Assembly (NCBI GenBank): GCA_029940175.1
Contig: JAOZRM010000004.1
Coordinates: forward strand, 1-36,383
Reading direction: 5' to 3'
Length of the DNA: 36,383 nt
Origin: Candidatus Sabulitectum sp.
GTDB taxonomy: Bacteria; Fermentibacterota; Fermentibacteria; Fermentibacterales; JCC-6
This document shows, one piece after another, positions 17,277-27,022 of this stretch (position 1 is the first letter of the stretch; each line of letters opens with the position of its first letter). The translations under genes and the position numbers were made by a program. Under the pieces are notes generated by a model. That model saw only the letters and a program-made list of their open reading frames with translations. It did no database searches and was not told where the DNA came from.

Positions 17277-20200
17277 TTGGACTACAAGGGAAAGCTTCTT
17301 GATATCATTCTGGATAATATCAGTATCTCCTGTGTAAATTCTGACAGTTACGGAAGAATAACAGATGTCCTTGAATCTTCGTCGGGCGTACAGGATTTCT
17401 CTGTTGCCAGTTTGAAAGGCATGCTTTTAGATGATCTGTTTCCCGGACTTTCTCTGGAAAATAAATCTAGGCAGACATTCCCCTTCAGGACAGATCAGAA
17501 TACTTCTATATTTGTTGACGTCACTGTTACTCCCGCAAAAGATTCAACCGGTTACATCGTCCTTATTCAGGAAGTGACTGAACTAAATAGCTTGAAATCA
17601 GAGCTTTCTGCTACAAGAGACCTCATTGAAGTGGTAAAGAATGAAACACCTGATATCATTATCCTGAAAGATCCAGATGGGAAATGGCTGGAGTGGAACA
17701 GAAAAGCTGAGAGTCTTCTTGCTTCGCAGGGTTCTTCCCACAACCAGATTCCCTATCTTTCTCCAGGTTGTGCTGCTTCGGACAAAGCGGCGTGGGCATC
17801 AGACAGGTTTCTCAGGCAGGACGAAAAGCTGCCTGACGGACAGGTGTATGATGTGCTCAAGATACCCGTAAGAGAAAATGACGGATCTCCTCTCAGCATG
17901 TTGATAATGGCCCGTGATGTTACAGGAAGAAGTAACCGTGAAAAGAAGATCGAGAGACTGAATTTCATCGTTAACATGTTGAGATCCGTCGACAGACTCA
18001 TTCTTGGAACTGATGACCTTAACACTCTAGCTGAGCAAATTGTAAGAGTTCTTACTGAATCAGGTCCCTTCACTGGCTCTGTGGTCACCGTTACAACCGG
18101 TGGTACTGAGATCCGATTTGCTTCCGGTTCGAGTTCTGCGCTTTCAGAGTCCACAATATCAAGACCCCTGGAGTACAAAGGTATATCCTATGGATCTCTC
18201 CTTGCTGTGTTGTCTGAAACAGAATCCTCTGAGGGGGCTGCAGAACTCTCTGAGATCCTGGCAGAGCTTGCGCAGGACATCGGTTTCGCAATTCACTCAA
18301 TTCAGCTTTCATCTGAGAGAGAAGAAGCGAAGAGCATGCTTGACTCTTTTCTGGAAAACATTCCGGGCATAGCATTTATAAGAGATTCACATTCCCGGTA
18401 TCTCAGGATGAACAAAAATTGCTTTGAGTTGTTTGAAGAACCGGACTGGCTTGGAAAAGATCCTGAGGATCTCTACAGGCCGGATGTGTGCGAAAGACTT
18501 CTCAAGAGGGATAAGGAAATCCTGGAGAAAGGATATATCTGCAGGGAAAGGGTCTTTCAGGAGAGTGATGGAACGGATCGTATTTTTGAAGGACACTACT
18601 TTTCAGTTCTTAGGCCGGGAGAGGAACCTCTTATCGGTGGAATCGGCCTTGAGATAACTGACAGACTGAAAGCAGAGAGATCTCTTGTGGAGAGTGAAGA
18701 ACGTTACCGGACCATATACGAAAGTACCGTGACCGCCATGGCTCTTCTGGGAACTGATGGCGTTGTTGTATCTGCCAATTCGAATGTTGAGGAGCTTACC
18801 GGCTATGATCTGGATGAGATAATAGACAAAATGACATGGGTGGATTTTGTGCATCCCGAAGACCTGCAGTCAGTTGCAGAACAGAGAAAAAGAAGGCTTG
18901 CAGGGGACTCATCCAGCCATCAGGAATACGAATTCAGACTGATAAGAAAAGATGGGTCAGTCAGAAATATCCGCATGCGCACCGGTACCATTCCCAACAG
19001 TAACGGCATGGGGGTCATATCCCTCTCCGATATAACCAGCCTTATTACTTATCAGGAGCAGCTTAACCGGTCTTTGAACAAAACGAAGGCTATTCTTGAT
19101 GCTATTCCCGACCTGATGTTTGTTCTTTCTCGTGAGGGTATGTATCTGGGGCTGCATGCAGGAGACGAGAATAAACTCTACTACGAGCCTTCCGAGATCG
19201 CAGGCAAAGGAATTTTTGATATTGGTCTTCCAGAGAAAATTGCCGAAAAAATGCTGGATGCCATATCGGACACACTTGAGACCGGGAAGGTGAACAACGT
19301 CGCATACATGCTTGAGCTTCCAGACGGTAAGCATTTCTACGAGTCTGGAATTGCACCTTTTGAAGAGGATAAGGTTCTCGTGCTCTGCCGGGATGTTACT
19401 GGAAGGAAAGAAGCCGAAGAAGAACAGAAGTTACTTCAAGCCAGGGTACAGCACGTACAGAAACTTGAAAGTCTTGGTGTTCTTGCAGGCGGTATTGCCC
19501 ATGATTTCAACAACATACTCATGGCCATTTCAGGCAATACGCAACTTGCTCTGGAAGCCGGTAAATCAGGCAAGAATATTGAGCAATACCTTGAAGTGAT
19601 TGATTCTGCCACAGAGAGAGCTGCAGATCTCGCCAGCCAGATGCTGGCCTACTCCGGCAGAGGAGAGTTCAAGATCGCTCCTCTTGATCTGAATGCCGTT
19701 GTGAATGAGATATCGGACATGTTGAGGGTCACGGTATCAAAGAAGGCTGTTATGAACTTTGAGCCCGGCAAGGATCTCCCTCTAATACTTGCTGATGCTA
19801 CCCAGATCAGGCAGGTATTCATGAACTTGATCACCAACGCTTCTGAGGCCCTTCAGGGAGCTTCCGGTACCATTGGTGTTTCCACCGGCGTGATCTACTG
19901 TGATGAGAAATATGTTGCATCACTGGAGCGACTGAATGAACTGCCACTTGGACATTACGTTTACATGGAAGTACGTGACAGTGGTGCAGGGATGACAAGA
20001 GAGATCCGACAGAAAATTTTCAATCCCTTCTTTACCACAAAGTTTACAGGCAGAGGTCTTGGTTTGTCCGCAGTGCTTGGCATAATGAACAGCCACGACG
20101 GCGCCATCGAGATTGACTCTGAACCAGGCAAAGGTTCCACATTCAGAGCCTTGTTCCCTGCGATAAACGAAGCCACATTCAAAGGGCAACAAGTCCAGCA

Positions 20201-20591
20201 GACACAGAGTGATCCACTCTTAACCATTGGTACGGTGATGTTTGTGGATGATGAACCACTGGTGAGGGCTGTTGTTGAAACAATGCTAAAGCAGTTCGGG
20301 CTTAATGTAATCACTGCGATTGACGGTGTTGACTGCCTGAATAAGTTCCGAGAAAATATCATCAAGGTTGATCTTGTTATCCTGGACATCACTATGCCCA
20401 ATATGGATGGTGATGAGGCATTCAGAGTCATGAGGAAACTCAGGAAAGATATCCCGGTGATAATCTCAAGCGGTTACAGTGAACTGGAGATCCTTGGAAG
20501 ATTCGCTGATGAGCATCCCGATGGTTTCATTCAGAAGCCGTACAGTGCGGAAGAACTGAAAAACAAGATCCATTTAGTTCTGAAGCAGTAG
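17277..20591 (+). CDS. Cytoplasmic multi-PAS hybrid sensor histidine kinase/response regulator (CckA-like class)
   Basis: Several PAS/PAC repeats (ending RDVT, EITD, SDIT), H-box GGIAHDFNN (His742), NLITNA, DSGAGM, PFFTTK, GRGLGL. The receiver has DDE, ILD and QKPY. Confidence 0.94.
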   Translation: MDYKGKLLDIILDNISISCVNSDSYGRITDVLESSSGVQDFSVASLKGMLLDDLFPGLSLENKSRQTFPFRTDQNTSIFVDVTVTPAKDSTGYIVLIQEVTELNSLKSELSATRDLIEVVKNETPDIIILKDPDGKWLEWNRKAESLLASQGSSHNQIPYLSPGCAASDKAAWASDRFLRQDEKLPDGQVYDVLKIPVRENDGSPLSMLIMARDVTGRSNREKKIERLNFIVNMLRSVDRLILGTDDLNTLAEQIVRVLTESGPFTGSVVTVTTGGTEIRFASGSSSALSESTISRPLEYKGISYGSLLAVLSETESSEGAAELSEILAELAQDIGFAIHSIQLSSEREEAKSMLDSFLENIPGIAFIRDSHSRYLRMNKNCFELFEEPDWLGKDPEDLYRPDVCERLLKRDKEILEKGYICRERVFQESDGTDRIFEGHYFSVLRPGEEPLIGGIGLEITDRLKAERSLVESEERYRTIYESTVTAMALLGTDGVVVSANSNVEELTGYDLDEIIDKMTWVDFVHPEDLQSVAEQRKRRLAGDSSSHQEYEFRLIRKDGSVRNIRMRTGTIPNSNGMGVISLSDITSLITYQEQLNRSLNKTKAILDAIPDLMFVLSREGMYLGLHAGDENKLYYEPSEIAGKGIFDIGLPEKIAEKMLDAISDTLETGKVNNVAYMLELPDGKHFYESGIAPFEEDKVLVLCRDVTGRKEAEEEQKLLQARVQHVQKLESLGVLAGGIAHDFNNILMAISGNTQLALEAGKSGKNIEQYLEVIDSATERAADLASQMLAYSGRGEFKIAPLDLNAVVNEISDMLRVTVSKKAVMNFEPGKDLPLILADATQIRQVFMNLITNASEALQGASGTIGVSTGVIYCDEKYVASLERLNELPLGHYVYMEVRDSGAGMTREIRQKIFNPFFTTKFTGRGLGLSAVLGIMNSHDGAIEIDSEPGKGSTFRALFPAINEATFKGQQVQQTQSDPLLTIGTVMFVDDEPLVRAVVETMLKQFGLNVITAIDGVDCLNKFRENIIKVDLVILDITMPNMDGDEAFRVMRKLRKDIPVIISSGYSELEILGRFADEHPDGFIQKPYSAEELKNKIHLVLKQ

Positions 20592-20679
20592 AAGCACGTA
20601 TTCGTGTGCGTTTCATCACCGGTTGTCACAGAATATTCTTTGCCCTTTCACTGCAGTTCAAGTTACTTATATTCATAGA

Positions 20680-22014
20680 ATGGATAAAACTTTGTTTACA
20701 GACAAGCACCGGGCTTCGGCTCCTTTTGCTGAGCTGTTCCGTCCGGGAACTCTTGATGAGATAGCAGGCCAGAAACAGCTTCTGGGTGCAGAGGCTGCAT
20801 TTCGCCGTTCGCTTGCCGCTGCCTCACTGGGATCATTTATTCTCTGGGGTCCTCCTGGATGCGGCAAGACCACTCTTGCTCTTATTGTTGCCGATCACGT
20901 GGAGGAACACTTTGTAAGATTCAGTGCCGTTACTGGTGGTGTTAAGGATGTCCGCAGGATCGTAGCTGAAGCTGCTCTCCGCCGTGACACAGGTCAGGGC
21001 ACAATGCTTTTTGTTGACGAGATTCACCGATTCAACCGAAGTCAGCAGGATGCCTTTCTGCCCCATGTTGAAGATGGAACAATTCGTCTGGTGGGTGCGA
21101 CCACAGAGAATCCTTCTTTTCATGTGAATGCTCCACTTTTAAGCAGATGTTCAGTTTATGTCCTTGAACCTCTTGAGGCTTTTGATCTTATTGAAATGGT
21201 TCAGCGGATTGTTTCAAGTGATGAGTTCCGTGAAAAATGTGCTTCTGCTGTGAGTACCGAAGCGATGGAAGTTATAGCAGGGGCGGCAGATGGTGATGCC
21301 CGGAGATGTCTTAACATGCTGGAGCAGCTTGTGGGAATTGCCGACGAGGGTATGGTCAGCGGAGAGATGGCTTCTGATCTTGTTCAGGCAGCCCCCCTGC
21401 TTTACGATAACTCCGGCGAGGAACACTATAATCTCATAAGTGCTCTGCACAAATCCATGAGGTCCAGCGATGTGGATGCTTCTCTTTACTGGCTTGCCAG
21501 GATGATATCCTCCGGGGAGGATCCTCTCTATATTGGCAGAAGAATGATCAGGTTTGCTTCTGAGGACATAGGTATGGCAGATCCATCTGCTCTGACTGTC
21601 ACCATGAGAGCTGTTGACGCTTACAGGTTCCTGGGCTCACCGGAGGGAGATCTCGCTCTGGCTGAGGCAGTTGTTTACATGGCTCTGGCACCTAAATCCA
21701 ACAGTGTGTACTCCGCCTGGAAAAAGACATTGAAGACGGTTAAATTGATGGGAAGCCTCAGAGTACCGCTGCATCTCAGAAATGCTCCCACTGCCCTGAT
21801 GAAAAAACTTGAATACGGTAAAGATTACCAGTACGCCCATGGTCTTCATGGTGGTATTGTAACACACAACAATTTTCCGGACAGCATGAAGGAAATGGAG
21901 TTCTATAAGCCTTTAAGATCCGGTAGAGAAGTCAGAATTTCAGATGATCTGGAGCGATGGAAAAAAGCTCGCCTGGAAGCCAGGAAGAACGAAGGGAAAC
22001 AAAATGACCGATAA
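20680..22014 (+). CDS. rarA: Replication-associated recombination protein A (MgsA/RarA AAA+ ATPase)
   Basis: RP.TLDEIAGQ, WGPPGCGKTT, FVDEIHRFN, GATTENP, ISALHKSMR, SEDIG.ADP, VPLHLRNAPT. Confidence 0.95.
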   Translation: MDKTLFTDKHRASAPFAELFRPGTLDEIAGQKQLLGAEAAFRRSLAAASLGSFILWGPPGCGKTTLALIVADHVEEHFVRFSAVTGGVKDVRRIVAEAALRRDTGQGTMLFVDEIHRFNRSQQDAFLPHVEDGTIRLVGATTENPSFHVNAPLLSRCSVYVLEPLEAFDLIEMVQRIVSSDEFREKCASAVSTEAMEVIAGAADGDARRCLNMLEQLVGIADEGMVSGEMASDLVQAAPLLYDNSGEEHYNLISALHKSMRSSDVDASLYWLARMISSGEDPLYIGRRMIRFASEDIGMADPSALTVTMRAVDAYRFLGSPEGDLALAEAVVYMALAPKSNSVYSAWKKTLKTVKLMGSLRVPLHLRNAPTALMKKLEYGKDYQYAHGLHGGIVTHNNFPDSMKEMEFYKPLRSGREVRISDDLERWKKARLEARKNEGKQNDR

Positions 22015-22768
22015 GAAAGTATTCCAGGAGATCGAGTCACCAGTACAATACAGCGAGCTTTCTCCGGGAATGTACACTGTGAATTGCCCGGGTAAATTCA
22101 ATTCTGATGAAATTCTCAAGTTTGTGGAATGTGCAGCTGTTTCAAGGGATTCAGGTTTTTACAACGGGGCATTTATGGGGATAATGCTTCCTTACTACCT
22201 CCATAATGCAAACAATCTCATGGTGGGTGTTCTAGGTAATCTGGATCTGGCTGGAATGTTTATGCCGAACATGGAAAAGGTTGGCCCCAAAGTTACCGGA
22301 GCAAGAACCGCCACAGGCATTGTAGTAGACTATCTGCGCAACATCGCAGAAGCCATACCCTCCGATGAATGTGTGTCTCTGGGAGGCGATGTCATAGGTA
22401 AATCTCTGACCCTGCTGAAGGCCGCATGCGGTAGAAGCGTTAATTCCACCGGGCTTGACAGTATTGACCTTACAGAAACATTCAACTGCCTGCACCCTTC
22501 CATGGCAGCAGCAGCATTGAATGGTATGGCTGCATGGGTGGTTATCTCTCTCGGTGGCAGTGGTTCGGTTACAGGATATTCTTCCTCTGAAAGGATCGGA
22601 TTGAAGTGGTCAAGATCTGAAGGGTCCGGCCTGCCATACATGCCTGGAAGAGAAAACAGCGATTCTGTTATTGCCGCTGCAGGCGGCATGGCTATTGCAG
22701 GTGGGATGGCTCTTGTGATTCAGAACTGGAACAATCACGGAGGAGAGGTGTCTCTTGTTGTTAAGTAG
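22004..22768 (+). CDS. Hypothetical protein with a HisKA-like DHp helix and degenerate HATPase fold (candidate histidine phosphotransferase)
   Basis: YLHNANNLMVGVLGNLDLA aligns by eye with IAHDFNNILMAISGNTQLA of the neighbouring kinase. No N or G boxes. Confidence 0.6.
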   Translation: MTDKKVFQEIESPVQYSELSPGMYTVNCPGKFNSDEILKFVECAAVSRDSGFYNGAFMGIMLPYYLHNANNLMVGVLGNLDLAGMFMPNMEKVGPKVTGARTATGIVVDYLRNIAEAIPSDECVSLGGDVIGKSLTLLKAACGRSVNSTGLDSIDLTETFNCLHPSMAAAALNGMAAWVVISLGGSGSVTGYSSSERIGLKWSRSEGSGLPYMPGRENSDSVIAAAGGMAIAGGMALVIQNWNNHGGEVSLVVK

Positions 22769-24803
22769 TAATGCCAGAGCGGTTTACTCTCTTCTTTCGT
22801 CCACCGGCGAAAGGTTGAATATCCAGGCGATAAACAGCCGGCTTCCAGAGATTCAGGACAGAACTGGAGCTGTTGCTGCTTTGATGAAGGAAGGGCTTAT
22901 CTGGCATGCAGGCAAGGGTCGATATGCCACTCTTAAAACCCTCGGCATGGAAGTGGGAACCATACGAATGCGTTCTGACGGCTCTGCAACTCTTTACACT
23001 CAAGAGCCGGATCCCATTCGCATTGTAATTGAAAAGAACGATACCGGTGGAGCTCTTGACAGAGATGTTGCCATCATCCGCCTTCTTGAACCTGATCTGC
23101 ACAGTGGCGGATACAACGGCAGAGTGATCGACATACTGAAGCGGTTTCGAAAGAGAATCGCAGGTATTGCCCGAAAACGGGGGGAGAACTGGTTCCTTGA
23201 TCCTCTTGATCCGAAAGTCAATGGTAATATTCCCCTTGATCCCGGCGAAGAGAAAATCAGGCAGGGTGATCTTATAGGGTGCGATATTGAATACGGCCGG
23301 AGTTCCATAAAGGTTAAAGCACTGTCAACTGTGGGTTCACCGAACACACCAGGAGCTCTCATTGACTCAGTATGTATCGATCTGGATCTTCCAGAGGATT
23401 TTCCTGAGGAGGTAAAACGGGAATCCGATGCTGTGTGTATTTCACCAGTACCTCATAGTTCCAGGAAGGATCTCAGGGATGTCTATACACTGACCATTGA
23501 TCCTGTGGACGCCAGGGATTTTGATGACGCAATTTCGATTGAGACACTTCCTCAGGGCGGATTCCGTCTGGGGGTTCATATAGCCGATGTTTCAGCATAT
23601 GCTCCACCTAATTCACTTGTGGATAATGAGGCTATGAAAAGGGGAACCAGTGTTTATCTTCCCGACAGAGTGATACCCATGATCCCTGAAATTCTTTCAA
23701 ACAGTGCATGTTCCCTGCAGCCGGATCAGGACAGACTGACAAAGACCGTTCTTATCAGTTATGACTCTTCCGGAAAGCGAACTGACTTTGCCGTTTTTTC
23801 TTCTCAGATAAGGTCTCGAAAAAGACTGAACTACACCGAGGCTTTTGCCATTCTTTCCGGTGAATCTTCAGGAGACCCGGAGCTGGATGAGATCTTCAGG
23901 CAGTTTTCTGCTTTGAATACCGTTCTCGATAAGGTTCGAGAGAAAAGAGGAGCTGTTGACCTTGGCGCTTCCGACTTCAGAACACAGTTCAGCGGAGAAG
24001 GTTTTCCAAACGGGTTTGAAAGAGTTTCCGATGATGTGTCCCACAGGATGATAGAGAACTTTATGGTGGAGGCAAACAGTGCAGTAGCTGAATTCTGCAA
24101 GTGGCTGGAACTGGATGTTCTTTTCAGGGTGCATGGGGACCCTGCACCGCAGGCTGCTGAAAAATTAAGGAGAACTCTTTCTATTTATGGGTTCAAGATG
24201 CCTGGTCAGCTCTCTCCTCGTGCTTCCGCCCTCTCAAAAACTGTTAAAGAAGCTGAGGGAACTCCACTTTATCCCATTATTCGGGATGCTGTACTGAGAT
24301 CCATGCAGAAAGCAGTTTATTCCACTGAGAATTCTGGTCACTACGGACTGGCTCTTAGAAACTACATGCACTTTACAAGTCCGATTCGAAGGTACCCTGA
24401 TCTGATCGTACACCAGGCTATTACAGCTTATGAAGAGGGGAAAATCCTTCAGCGCTCTGAATCAATTTCCACACTTGCCGATATGTGTTCTCAACTGGAG
24501 AGACGCGCAGCAGCTGCAGAAAGAACAACAACAGAGCTTATGGCACTGCTTTACCTCTCTCGGGAAACTGGCGGGGTTTTTGAGGGAGTTATTAGGGATA
24601 GAACAGATTTCGGTTTGTTCATCAGATTGCTTGATGTGCCGGTTGAAGGTCTGCTGCATGTGTCTGCCTTGAAGAAGTTCAGGCAGTTTGTTCCATCTGA
24701 TCTCAGCCCCGGTTCCGGTATATTTGTTTCTGTGGAGAAGTCGGATCCAGTCGAAAGAAGGCTTTCACTTCTGCCGGCGGCTGCCCCTGAGGAGAGCAAA
24801 TGA
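22755..24803 (+). CDS. rnr: Ribonuclease R (RNB family 3'-5' exoribonuclease)
   Basis: TIDPVDARDFDDA, VHIADVS, RGTSVY, HYGL...Y.HFTSPIRRYPDL, C-terminal S1 domain. Confidence 0.9.
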   Translation: MLLSSNARAVYSLLSSTGERLNIQAINSRLPEIQDRTGAVAALMKEGLIWHAGKGRYATLKTLGMEVGTIRMRSDGSATLYTQEPDPIRIVIEKNDTGGALDRDVAIIRLLEPDLHSGGYNGRVIDILKRFRKRIAGIARKRGENWFLDPLDPKVNGNIPLDPGEEKIRQGDLIGCDIEYGRSSIKVKALSTVGSPNTPGALIDSVCIDLDLPEDFPEEVKRESDAVCISPVPHSSRKDLRDVYTLTIDPVDARDFDDAISIETLPQGGFRLGVHIADVSAYAPPNSLVDNEAMKRGTSVYLPDRVIPMIPEILSNSACSLQPDQDRLTKTVLISYDSSGKRTDFAVFSSQIRSRKRLNYTEAFAILSGESSGDPELDEIFRQFSALNTVLDKVREKRGAVDLGASDFRTQFSGEGFPNGFERVSDDVSHRMIENFMVEANSAVAEFCKWLELDVLFRVHGDPAPQAAEKLRRTLSIYGFKMPGQLSPRASALSKTVKEAEGTPLYPIIRDAVLRSMQKAVYSTENSGHYGLALRNYMHFTSPIRRYPDLIVHQAITAYEEGKILQRSESISTLADMCSQLERRAAAAERTTTELMALLYLSRETGGVFEGVIRDRTDFGLFIRLLDVPVEGLLHVSALKKFRQFVPSDLSPGSGIFVSVEKSDPVERRLSLLPAAAPEESK

Positions 24804-25543
24804 TCTACGCCGAATTGACAGAGCAGATAACCGGGTGGATCAAAGAAAAGGTTCACGGTGCCGGTATGAAAGGTGTTGTTGTCGGACTCAGCGGTGGAAT
24901 TGACTCCGGAGTCACTGCGGCTCTCTGTGTCCGGGCTCTGGGAGCAGAGAATGTGCTTGGTCTTGTCATGCCTTGTGAGAGTATTGCAGCCGATACCACA
25001 GACGGCCACAGAACAGCAATTCATCTGGGTATGCCTGTGAAAGAGATAGATATATCACCGATACTGGAAGCCTTTGTTTCAGCTGGCGAACTGGATACTT
25101 CCAATGTGTTGAATCTTGCAAATGTGAAAGCCAGGCTTAGAATGACCATGGAATATGCCCACTCCGGGAACAGGCTTGTTGCTGGAACAGGGAACCTTTC
25201 CGAAACTAAAACAGGTTACTGGACCAAATGGGGGGACGGAGCCGCTGATTTTCTGCCTATCGCAGACTTGTGGAAAGATGAGGTTGGCGAACTTGCTGAG
25301 TACCTTGAACTCCCTGAATGGATCCTGACCCGGGTTCCATCTGCAGGGTTATGGATTGATCAGAGTGATGAAGACGAAATGGGTGTTACCTACACAGAAA
25401 TAAAGAAGTACTTTACCCTGGGGTCTGATAGTGTCTCTGCTGCTGCTGCACAGCGTATTGCCAGGCTTCATACTTCAAGTGCTCACAAGAGAAAACCGAT
25501 TCCGTATTACCATGCCAGGGGGTGGCTTGATGAAAGACAGTAA
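24800..25543 (+). CDS. nadE: NH3-dependent NAD+ synthetase
   Basis: GLSGGIDS, NVKARLRM, GTGNLSE, GY.TKWGDG, PSAGLW..QSDE; no glutaminase domain. Confidence 0.95.
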   Translation: MIYAELTEQITGWIKEKVHGAGMKGVVVGLSGGIDSGVTAALCVRALGAENVLGLVMPCESIAADTTDGHRTAIHLGMPVKEIDISPILEAFVSAGELDTSNVLNLANVKARLRMTMEYAHSGNRLVAGTGNLSETKTGYWTKWGDGAADFLPIADLWKDEVGELAEYLELPEWILTRVPSAGLWIDQSDEDEMGVTYTEIKKYFTLGSDSVSAAAAQRIARLHTSSAHKRKPIPYYHARGWLDERQ

Positions 25544-27020
25544 GAGAACAGCGCTTGTCAGTGTCTGGAACAAACACGGGCTTGAAGATTTTGCCATTGG
25601 GCTTTCCGCTCTTGACTGGGAGATATGGGCATCCGGGGGTACTGCTGATGTGATAGAGAAAGCAGGAGTCTCTGTGCGCCGTACGGAGGAACTTACAGGT
25701 ATCAGTTCCATCCTTGGAGGCAGGGTGAAAACACTGCATCCAGAGTTGCATGCTTCTATTCTTGCAGATGGAGATGCCAGGAAAGGCCGACTTGCCCAGG
25801 GCAAACCTGTTTTTGATCTTGTGGCTGTGGACTTCTACCCGTTTTACAAAGCCAGAGATATGGACCCGGTTTCAAGGGAAACAATCGAGCTGGTTGATAT
25901 TGGGGGACCAACCATGGCTCGGGGTGCTGCAAAAAACTGGCATGAGGTGATCAGTGCCACTGGTTCTGACGTTTTTCCCTATGTTTTGAAAACTATTAAA
26001 GATGGTCTGGATGATCTTGTATTCAGGCGTGAAATGGCATCCAGAACTTTTTCCATTACATCAGCTTATGACCTGCATGTTTCTCTCAAGCTTGAGGAGG
26101 GTATCACCCCTGTTCTCCGGTATGGTGAGAATCCTCATCAGAAGGCGGCAGTTCATTTCTCATGGCCCAGAGAAGGTTTTGGCTGCTCCGAGGTTCTTGG
26201 TGGAAAAGCATTGAGCTATAACAACTATCTTGATGCTTCTGCGGCATGTGCAATAGCAGCCGACTTTGCAGGCTCTATACCTTGTGTTGTTCTGGCCAAG
26301 CATGGGAATCCATGCGGCGTGGGCTGCGGCCTTTCTGCCAGCGAGGCTTTTTTGAACGCATTCCGCGCAGACAGAGTATCACCGTACGGAGGAATTCTTG
26401 CCTGTACCTCCAAAGTGGATATGGAACTGGTGAAAGAGCTGAAAGGCATCTTCCTGGAAATCGTCATAGCTCCTGAGTTTGAAGAAGACGCACTTGCCCG
26501 ACTTCGTAAGAGAAAGAATCTTAGAATTCTCAAGATGCCCATAGCAGCAGACAAAGCTATGCTTCTCCGTTCGATCTGGGGAGGTTTGCTGGTTCAGGAA
26601 CCTGATCTTGCAGTGGAAAAAGCTGTTGAATGTCAGGTTGTTACGGAAAGAAAGCCCACAGCTGAAGAGCTTGTTGCTCTTGATCTGGCCTGGAAAGTAG
26701 TGAAGGGCGTTAAGAGCAATGCTATTGTAATAGGTGACAACCATGGGACACTTGGTGTGGGTATTGGACAGCCAAGCAGAATTGAAAGCCTTGATCTTGC
26801 AGTGCGCAGAGCGCTCCGGGAAAACAACAATCTTTCGGGATCTGTGCTTGCCAGTGATGCCTTCTTCCCTTTTCGTGACGGCCCGGACAAGGCAGCAGAG
26901 GCCGGCATTAAAGCAATCATTCAGCCTGGCGGTTCCATTCGCGACGAGGAAGTTATAGCTTCATGTAACGAACACGGTATTGCGATGGTATTCACCGGTA
27001 CAAGACATTTCAGGCATTAA
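25530..27020 (+). CDS. purH: Bifunctional AICAR formyltransferase/IMP cyclohydrolase
   Basis: [64 protein letters not shown] at 25530. Confidence 0.96.
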   Translation: MKDSKRTALVSVWNKHGLEDFAIGLSALDWEIWASGGTADVIEKAGVSVRRTEELTGISSILGGRVKTLHPELHASILADGDARKGRLAQGKPVFDLVAVDFYPFYKARDMDPVSRETIELVDIGGPTMARGAAKNWHEVISATGSDVFPYVLKTIKDGLDDLVFRREMASRTFSITSAYDLHVSLKLEEGITPVLRYGENPHQKAAVHFSWPREGFGCSEVLGGKALSYNNYLDASAACAIAADFAGSIPCVVLAKHGNPCGVGCGLSASEAFLNAFRADRVSPYGGILACTSKVDMELVKELKGIFLEIVIAPEFEEDALARLRKRKNLRILKMPIAADKAMLLRSIWGGLLVQEPDLAVEKAVECQVVTERKPTAEELVALDLAWKVVKGVKSNAIVIGDNHGTLGVGIGQPSRIESLDLAVRRALRENNNLSGSVLASDAFFPFRDGPDKAAEAGIKAIIQPGGSIRDEEVIASCNEHGIAMVFTGTRHFRH

Positions 27021-27022
27021 CC

